24,859 bases of DNA from an uncultured bacterium (GTDB lineage Bacteria; JAJVIF01; JAPKYR01): the NCBI GenBank assembly GCA_965369865.1, contig CBDURU010000045.1, forward strand, positions 1-24,859. The letters run 5' to 3'. The position numbers and the translations under genes are program-made. Shown here one piece after another: positions 16,543-24,859 of this stretch (positions are counted from its first letter, which is position 1; each line of letters opens with the position of its first letter). A model generated the notes under the pieces. That model searched no databases. It was not told where the DNA came from and saw only the letters and a list, made by a program, of their open reading frames with translations.

Positions 16543-18147
16543 GTGACTCAATCACTCAAACCTGAAGAAGTAGCCAGTGTTATACAGGCTCAACTGAGGA
16601 GTTTCACTCAGCCTCTCAAACTCGAGAGCGAAGGAACGATCCTCCAGATCGGCGATGGTATCGCCCGCATCTATGGATTGCAGGAAGCGATGATGGGTGA
16701 GCTTCTCGAATTTCCACCGCTTCCTGGCGGGGAGGAGGCTTTCGGAATTGTCCTCAACCTCGAGGAAGACAATGTCGCCGCAGCCCTGCTTTCAGCCAGC
16801 GGACATATCAGGGAGGGCGATTCGGTTAAGCGAACCGGAAGGATCGCCGAGGTCCCTGTTGGTAACGCCGTTCTGGGCAGGGTAGTAAATGCGGTCGGGC
16901 AGCCTCTCGATGCCAAAGGCCCGATACCGTTCCAGGAGACTCGTCCGGTCGAAAAGATCGCTGCAGGCGTCACTAGCCGTCGACCGGTTTTCGAACCGCT
17001 CCAGACCGGCTTGAAAGCGATCGACAGTATGATTCCGATCGGACGCGGCCAGCGTGAGCTGGTAATCGGCGACCGCCAGACCGGCAAAACCGCACTGCTC
17101 GTGGATACAATTATCAATCAAAAGCATGCCGACCCTCCCGTGAAATGCATTTATGTAGCCATAGGCCAGAAACAGTCTACTGTTGCCGGCGTGATCGACG
17201 TACTTGAGAAATTTGGCGCGATGGAATATACGACTATCGTATCAGCCACCGCCAGCGACCCGGCGCCGATGCAGTTCATCGCCCCGTATGCCGGATGCGC
17301 GATCGGTGAATACTTCGCTGAAAACGGTGAACATGCCGCGATTTTTTATGATGACCTTTCAAAACACGCCGTCTCATACAGGGAACTGTCTTTGCTGATT
17401 CGACGTCCTCCCGGACGTGAGGCGTACCCCGGCGATGTTTTCTACCTTCATTCGAGATTGCTTGAACGCGCACTGAAATATTCCGACAAATTGGGCGGTG
17501 GAAGTTTGACCGCGATGCCGGTAATCGAGACCCAGGCCGGCGACGTGTCGGCATATATTCCCACCAATGTCATCAGTATCACCGACGGCCAGATCTATCT
17601 CGAAAGCGACCTCTTCTATGCTGGTATCCGACCCGCGATTAATGTCGGCCTTTCGGTCAGCCGTGTTGGTGGTAAAGCCCAGGAAAGTATGATGAAATCC
17701 GTTGCCGGACGCCTCAGAATCGAACTGGCGCAGTATCGGGAACTCGCGAGTTTCGCCCAGTTCGGATCCGACCTCGATAAAGGCACGCTCGCGCGCCTGA
17801 CAAGAGGTGAACGGCTCGTTGAGATTTTGAAACAATCACAGTATGTGCCGATGCCGGTCGAGGAGCAGACCGTGATTATTTTCGCCGCGGTCCGAGGATA
17901 CCTTGATGACATCGACCTTAGCGATATTCATCGTTTTGAATCGGAATACCTGCCCTGGTTGAAATCCAAATATCCCGAGATTCTACATATACTGAGATCG
18001 ACCAAAAAACTTGATGATGAAACCGATAGTAAGCTTGACAAGGCGGTAGCTGAGTTCAAGGCTCTTTTTATCGAAGGAAAAACCCGAATCCAGGAATCGG
18101 AAGGTGCCAAAATAACCGAACCGGACGATTCCACAGAATCGGGCTAA
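16543..18147 (+). CDS. atpA: F1 subunit alpha
   Basis: [10 protein letters not shown], Walker [41 protein letters not shown] start. Confidence 0.99.
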   Translation: MTQSLKPEEVASVIQAQLRSFTQPLKLESEGTILQIGDGIARIYGLQEAMMGELLEFPPLPGGEEAFGIVLNLEEDNVAAALLSASGHIREGDSVKRTGRIAEVPVGNAVLGRVVNAVGQPLDAKGPIPFQETRPVEKIAAGVTSRRPVFEPLQTGLKAIDSMIPIGRGQRELVIGDRQTGKTALLVDTIINQKHADPPVKCIYVAIGQKQSTVAGVIDVLEKFGAMEYTTIVSATASDPAPMQFIAPYAGCAIGEYFAENGEHAAIFYDDLSKHAVSYRELSLLIRRPPGREAYPGDVFYLHSRLLERALKYSDKLGGGSLTAMPVIETQAGDVSAYIPTNVISITDGQIYLESDLFYAGIRPAINVGLSVSRVGGKAQESMMKSVAGRLRIELAQYRELASFAQFGSDLDKGTLARLTRGERLVEILKQSQYVPMPVEEQTVIIFAAVRGYLDDIDLSDIHRFESEYLPWLKSKYPEILHILRSTKKLDDETDSKLDKAVAEFKALFIEGKTRIQESEGAKITEPDDSTESG

Positions 18148-18194
18148 ACTGGATCCATGGATAAAATCCTGAGGATTCGAAAGAAGGTTTAAAA

Positions 18195-21077
18195 ATGAGA
18201 CGATGGTGCATGGTTCTGATAGTAGTGGGCCTCCTGGTGGTTTCCGGACCCGGTGCCCGGGGGCAGGATACTCTGCCCGCCGCTGTAACCTGGACGACGA
18301 ACGGCCTTGTTGCTGAAGGCGGCACATGGGAGATGCGGATCACCACCTCCCAGCGGTCCTTTAACCCCGGGGATGCTTTCACATTGGCGATCGAGTTCGA
18401 TATCAACTCAATCGGACTTGCATACAATATCGAGCGTATCAATGGTGTTTACTCTCTCGTTACCGGACTTCGGACTTTCAATTCTGACGGTGAAATGATC
18501 GGCGCGTCCCACACTATGGCAAGCACAATCCTGAATGGAATCGGGCTGCCGATTGAAGGCGAAACACAAGGGCTGCCGACCGACCGTTTCGGCGGGCCTT
18601 TCCATCATCCTGTAGACTCTTACATCGTCACCCCATCAACCGACCTCCAGATTGACACGAATGTCGGAACGATTCACGGCACTGTAGTCCACGGAATAAG
18701 CCTCCCCATGGATATTCCACTCGGCTGGTACCACGTCAGGGTCGATCTCGGGCTGGAAATTTCTAATGATGACCATGTCACCCTCTGGGGAATCAATCCC
18801 GAAAACCAGTCTATCAGTGAAGATCAGCAATCCTATGCCGTGGCCGGCCCGATTGCTGTCGGCACCGGCAGTCAGCCCCGGATCGGCTGGAGCCTTTTCG
18901 CGAACAGCCTGCCCGGCGGCGGTGTGATCGCACTTGAGGACCAGGGTTTTGTTGCGACAACCCGCGGTCTCGGATATACACAAATTCCCATAATCCCAAT
19001 GACGGATTCCCGCGGCGAACAGGTGCGCTACCTGATTGAACCTGATTTCCCGATGGTCTGGAATCCGTTCATGCGTACTTCCGGCACCCTTCTGGACCTC
19101 GACCTGCATTCAGGTTGGATGGAAGCACGCGTTGAAAATCCCGACGGTGCGATTCTCGACCTTGGCGGAGCGGCGTTTAACGGGCGCCGTGGTATGGGCG
19201 CTACCACACTTCAGGATAAATTCGCCTTCAGTTTCTCTTCGTTTGGACGTCACAGGATCGAGCTTTCCGGCTGGATACAGGACACATCGAATCAAACTTA
19301 CGTCGGCGGGGGCGTTTATGAAGTTTACGTCGCCCAGCCGATTCAAATTGATACAAATGTTTTACCCGGCACTCCTTTCGAAGTTTATGAATATTATGAT
19401 CCGGGTTTCCAGGTATACCCCCCGGTACGTGCCGATGTTCAAATATTATGGGAACTCGATACACATTCAAGCGGAAATGTCGCCAGAGAAAATTTCGATA
19501 CAACCACGAACAGGTGGGGATATTACTCACCACCGCTAATAGAAGGTCGCGATCGTTTTGCAAGAGTGACCAGAATCCAGTTCACAACTCCGGGTGAATA
19601 CAAGGTCCGATACATTGCTTCCTACACCGAGCCTGACGGGACCCTCTGGATGGGTGAAAAAATTATTTCGGGGATCGTTCTACCCAACACCGATGTCATC
19701 GATCTGGCATCCCGGACTCCTTCATTCGGCTCATACCCGATCACATCCGATGCGCGGTATGTTCCGGTACCCTCTGATTCCGGCGACACGATGCTTCTTC
19801 CGGTTTCATCTTCACCGGGACTCCCGACAATATTTACTTTCCCGTTTGGATTCACCCTTGGAAACCAGACAGGATTCCGTACGGATGATTCCGCCCTCCA
19901 GGAAATTGAAAATGTATCGACCGGGACATTCGTTATGCCCAGGCTCGCGAGCATGTCCGGCCTGTTCCCGCATACATATCCCGAGGATATCGACCGCAGA
20001 GCATATCTTGTAAACTCCGCTACCAGGCAGGACGGATTCACACAAGCGAGAATCTGCGAAGGTTCTCCGACAATGCATCTCCCCTACCCGTCTTTCCCGT
20101 GGAATCCAGGTGAACTGGCTGTCGACGGCCCGGGCGATATCTACCACTTCTGGACTTCCATGGTTTATCGTGATGAATCGACGCCATCGGTAAGATATGG
20201 AAATTATTCATCCGGTGTTGTTATCAGTGGAGATGTCTCTGTTCTCTCAATTCATGATCCCGATGATGGACTCATAAATGATGGATGGGGGGTGCATAAC
20301 CTTATCCTCCACAACCTGGCAGTCCGACCGGGATCGATTGTAGCTAAAAATCAGGCATTTACACCCGGTGCTTATTTCCTCCCCCTGCCGCCCGATTCCA
20401 TAGTGGAATTTGTTATTACACCACCGCTTGGTAACCAGAGAACAATCAGCGTAACAACCGATTCCGACGGGTACGCAGTCGATATGGGCCAGAGGTTCAA
20501 ACTTGACTATCCCGGAATCTGGGAGGTTACCGCTACGCTGATCCAGGGTGATCGGACTGGAGGGATCCTGGGTGTAAATCCCGGATCCGACTGGCAGATT
20601 TACGTGATCGAAGATAACAATAGTGTTGCGATCGATTTCCATCTGCCCGAACGTCAACCCCTCGATCCGAACTCCAATTTGGTTGTCCTGACAGGCGACT
20701 TGCTCGAACACGACCTTCTGGAAGGGTCCGTTAATATATCTGCCACCTTTAATGGTGCGGTCGTTGAGCAGACCCGTAAAGATATCACAAACGGACTTTT
20801 CATATACACAATCGATTTAAGACAGCTTACTAATACCTTCAACAATTTCGATCCTTTTGATCCAGACGACCGGCTGGTTGTGACATTTTACGCTGTCGGT
20901 CTCACATCGGCAGGACGGCACCTGACCGCGGCTAAAATGATCTACATCCAGAATGGAATTTTATATGCCGGTGAAAAGGATTACAGCCCGATCGATCCAC
21001 TTTCGCGCGAGGACAGACTACGGGAACTAACAGAGCTTGCGGAATCCGAACAGATTCATGAAATACGCGGGAGATGA
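18195..21077 (+). CDS. Large secreted hypothetical protein, beta-rich, Pro/Gly/Thr-rich
   Basis: 960-aa ORF, signal peptide MRRWCMVLIVVGLLVVSGPGARG|QD, host-like GC; 47 bp after atpA and 24 bp before atpG. Confidence 0.88.
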   Translation: MRRWCMVLIVVGLLVVSGPGARGQDTLPAAVTWTTNGLVAEGGTWEMRITTSQRSFNPGDAFTLAIEFDINSIGLAYNIERINGVYSLVTGLRTFNSDGEMIGASHTMASTILNGIGLPIEGETQGLPTDRFGGPFHHPVDSYIVTPSTDLQIDTNVGTIHGTVVHGISLPMDIPLGWYHVRVDLGLEISNDDHVTLWGINPENQSISEDQQSYAVAGPIAVGTGSQPRIGWSLFANSLPGGGVIALEDQGFVATTRGLGYTQIPIIPMTDSRGEQVRYLIEPDFPMVWNPFMRTSGTLLDLDLHSGWMEARVENPDGAILDLGGAAFNGRRGMGATTLQDKFAFSFSSFGRHRIELSGWIQDTSNQTYVGGGVYEVYVAQPIQIDTNVLPGTPFEVYEYYDPGFQVYPPVRADVQILWELDTHSSGNVARENFDTTTNRWGYYSPPLIEGRDRFARVTRIQFTTPGEYKVRYIASYTEPDGTLWMGEKIISGIVLPNTDVIDLASRTPSFGSYPITSDARYVPVPSDSGDTMLLPVSSSPGLPTIFTFPFGFTLGNQTGFRTDDSALQEIENVSTGTFVMPRLASMSGLFPHTYPEDIDRRAYLVNSATRQDGFTQARICEGSPTMHLPYPSFPWNPGELAVDGPGDIYHFWTSMVYRDESTPSVRYGNYSSGVVISGDVSVLSIHDPDDGLINDGWGVHNLILHNLAVRPGSIVAKNQAFTPGAYFLPLPPDSIVEFVITPPLGNQRTISVTTDSDGYAVDMGQRFKLDYPGIWEVTATLIQGDRTGGILGVNPGSDWQIYVIEDNNSVAIDFHLPERQPLDPNSNLVVLTGDLLEHDLLEGSVNISATFNGAVVEQTRKDITNGLFIYTIDLRQLTNTFNNFDPFDPDDRLVVTFYAVGLTSAGRHLTAAKMIYIQNGILYAGEKDYSPIDPLSREDRLRELTELAESEQIHEIRGR

Positions 21078-21101
21078 ACTTCCGGTAACTGAAAAAGAAA
21101 A

Positions 21102-22001
21102 ATGGTCAGCCTTCGTGATTTAAAACAACGTATTAAATCGGTGAGCGGCATACGCCAGATCACCCGGGCCATGGAGATGGTCAGCGCCACCAAGCTCCGT
21201 CGAGCACAGCAGCGTATCGAATCCGCGCGTCCGTATACCGAGAAAATGGACGAGATACTCGCTCACCTCGCTGAAGCTATCGAACCCGGTGTCGTTTTTC
21301 ATCCTCTCATGGTGCCTCGCGAGGAAGTTAAAAATCTTCTGATTATCGGCGTCGCATCAGGCAAGGGACTTTGTGGAAGCTTCAATGCCAATATAATCAG
21401 AAAAATTGAATCTCATTCCAGACAGGCGAAAGCCGACGGGATCGACGTCGTTCTACTACTCATTGGAAAAAAACTCCATGACTATTTTAAAAGACGCAAA
21501 TGGACCATTCATCCGAATTCCCTGAAGTACTTTTCGATTGATGAATCACTTCCCATCCCGCTGCTCCAGGAAATGACGGACCTGTGCTCGGATGGCTATC
21601 TAAGTAATGAATTCGATAAAGTTGAGATTATTTACACGGAATTCAAGAGTGCGATCGTTCATAAAATTGTCGAAAGACAATTTCTGCCAATTGTAGGCCT
21701 GCAATCCGATAGTAATAATGACAGTCCTCAAACCCGGACTCGTGAATATATTTTCGAACCCGATCCAGGTGAATTATTTACTCTCCTGATTCCTAAATAC
21801 GCGAGAGTGATGCTGTTCAAGATGCTTGCGGACAGCCTGGCGAGCGAGCACGGCGGACGTATGAGCGCTATGCATAACGCCACTGACAACGCAGGCGATA
21901 TGATCCGTACTCTTACACTCCATCGGAATAAAGCTCGCCAGGCGGCTATTACAAAGGAACTTTCTGAAATTGTCGCCGGTGCTGAAGCACTGGTCGGTTA
22001 G
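21102..22001 (+). CDS. atpG: F1 subunit gamma
   Basis: QITRAMEMVS..KL, KGLCGSFN, SEHGGRMSAM.NATDNA, RQAAITKELSEI. Confidence 0.98.
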   Translation: MVSLRDLKQRIKSVSGIRQITRAMEMVSATKLRRAQQRIESARPYTEKMDEILAHLAEAIEPGVVFHPLMVPREEVKNLLIIGVASGKGLCGSFNANIIRKIESHSRQAKADGIDVVLLLIGKKLHDYFKRRKWTIHPNSLKYFSIDESLPIPLLQEMTDLCSDGYLSNEFDKVEIIYTEFKSAIVHKIVERQFLPIVGLQSDSNNDSPQTRTREYIFEPDPGELFTLLIPKYARVMLFKMLADSLASEHGGRMSAMHNATDNAGDMIRTLTLHRNKARQAAITKELSEIVAGAEALVG

Positions 22002-22055
22002 AATCAACGTAAAAATCTGCCATTCTTGAAATTGGCAGAAATTATAGCAAAATAA

Positions 22056-23777
<1,722 letters not shown>

Positions 23778-23807
23778 TTTTATAAAGCAGACTCGATATT
23801 TATAAAA

Positions 23808-23887
23808 GGGGACATGCCATTTTTCTCCAGTGATAAACCTGACTTTACCATTACATACAAAGGGAAAAATGCCTTGTCCCCGAAGTT
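23808..23887. mobile_element. MITE/REPIN-like palindromic element, copy B
   Basis: GGGGACATGCCATTTTTC...GAAAAATGCCTTGTCCCCGAAGTT, 3 mismatches to 15522-15601. Confidence 0.85.
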
Positions 23888-23901
23888 CAATAAATTTATA
23901 T

Positions 23902-23950
23902 ATCCCGGGACACTTTCAATGCTAGAAGCATGGAAAAGCGTCCCTGGGAT
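23902..23950. repeat. GGGAC-type hairpin (degenerate)
   Basis: ATCCC-GGGACACTTTC...GAAAAGCGTCCC-TGGGAT imperfect inverted repeat. Confidence 0.65.
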
Positions 23951-23984
23951 TTAAAGTAAATGACGGATTTTTATAACCATGTGA

Positions 23985-24045
23985 TCTTAAATTCAGGGAC
24001 GCCTTTCCACTCGTCCCCGAGTTGAAGGTGTCCCTGAATTTAAGA
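23985..24045. repeat. GGGACGCCTT-type REP hairpin
   Basis: Perfect 16-bp arms TCTTAAATTCAGGGAC / GTCCCTGAATTTAAGA extended by GCCTT/AAGGT; same core as 24687-24736. Confidence 0.8.
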
Positions 24046-24066
24046 ATTGGAATTAACAAGTAAAAT

Positions 24067-24498
24067 ATGCCTAAGACATTCAAATTGACAATCGCTACAC
24101 AGGCGGGATGGGCCGCGGACGATGAAGCGGAAAGCCTGATCGTTCCCGGCATCGATGGCTACCTGGGTATCCTTGCCAACCATGCTCCCCTCATGACCGC
24201 AATTGGTATCGGGCAATTAACCTACCGCGATATCACCGGCTACGATCATTTCCTTGCGGTCACCGATGGATTCCTTGAAGTGTCCAACAACGTCGTGACT
24301 ATCATTGCGGACAGTGCTGAACAGAGTGACAGTATTGATATTGAAAGGGCTGAAAAGGCGCTGGAAAGATCGAAAGAGAGGCTTAAAAAAGCTGTTACCG
24401 ATCCGGCAATCGACCTCGAACGCGCACGTGCCGCATACCGCAGGGCTTTGAACAGAATCAGGGTGGCGGAGACCGGTGACCCACCCCGAACACAATAA
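24067..24498 (+). CDS. atpC: F1 subunit epsilon
   Basis: PG.DG.LGILANHAPL, GFLEV.NN.V.I.ADSAE, IDIERA helix hairpin. Confidence 0.97.
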   Translation: MPKTFKLTIATQAGWAADDEAESLIVPGIDGYLGILANHAPLMTAIGIGQLTYRDITGYDHFLAVTDGFLEVSNNVVTIIADSAEQSDSIDIERAEKALERSKERLKKAVTDPAIDLERARAAYRRALNRIRVAETGDPPRTQ

Positions 24499-24517
24499 CC
24501 GAACCAGCTTCAAAACC

Positions 24518-24599
24518 GGGGACAGGCACTCAAATTTACCGGGGTACATTAAGAAGGATTGACCTTTAACATAACCGGTAAATTTGTGAGCCAGTCCCC
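24518..24599. repeat. REPIN-like doublet downstream of atpC (may also act as terminator or mRNA stabiliser)
   Basis: GGGGACAGGCACTCAAATTTACCGG / CCGGTAAATTTGTGAGCCAGTCCCC (22/25 paired). Confidence 0.8.
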
Positions 24600-24686
24600 T
24601 ATAAAAAATATTCTCAATCCCACAATATTGACCATCAGGTTTCCGGAAAGAATTTGAAAAAAAATCGTGAAAAAATTTCGTGAAAA

Positions 24687-24736
24687 AAAATCGGGGACGC
24701 CTTTCCGCCTTCCAGGCTGAAGGTGTCCCCGATTTT
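24687..24736. repeat. GGGACGCCTT-type REP hairpin
   Basis: AAAATCGGGGACGCCTTTCC...TGAAGGTGTCCCCGATTTT. Confidence 0.8.
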
Positions 24737-24759
24737 AAATTGTGGAATTGTACGGATAA

Positions 24760-24859
24760 CGGATCAGGGGACTGACACAGATCAGAAGAACTGACATTGT
24801 TAGAGGACTGGCACGGATCAGGGGACTGACATTGTTAGGGGACTGGCTCACAGATTTGC
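24760..24859 (+). repeat. Degenerate 17-19-bp tandem array of REP-arm-like units
   Basis: CGGATCAGGGGACTGACA / CAGATCAGAAGAACTGACA / TTGTTAGAGGACTGGCA / CGGATCAGGGGACTGACA / TTGTTAGGGGACTGGCTCACAGATTTG; runs to the window edge. Confidence 0.7.

Noticed and set aside
22016..22039. Terminator between atpG and atpD
   Set aside because: 7-bp stem TCTGCCA/TGGCAGA with a 10-nt loop but no U-tract on the + strand; at most an mRNA stability hairpin.
24760..24859. CRISPR array
   Set aside because: Units are 17-19 bp, degenerate and abutting, with no unique spacers.

Overview
Bacterial chromosomal window, roughly 50-55% GC by eye, host lineage not identifiable from sequence alone. Left part: 5' end of a lipoprotein gene, rlmN, dprA-topA, a hypothetical lipoprotein, wecB. 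Right part: a co-oriented cluster of a NapA-like CPA2 Na+/H+ antiporter, a PII-like protein and a complete F1Fo ATP synthase operon (atpZ-I-B-E-F-H-A-G-D-C). The atp operon is unusual in four ways. (1) Between atpH and atpA lies an AT-rich insert encoding a DUF6884/GIY-YIG-like nuclease fusion coupled to a truncated SIR2-like gene (candidate defence module), followed by a secreted protein whose first 40 nt are duplicated around an 80-bp palindromic element. (2) A 960-aa secreted protein sits tightly between atpA and atpG. (3) The beta subunit carries a ~93-aa non-intein insertion. (4) atpC is surrounded by REP/REPIN-like hairpins. At least five sequence types of short palindromic repeat occur in the window, with no transposase present. 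Protein family calls rest on motifs recognised by eye, not on database searches.
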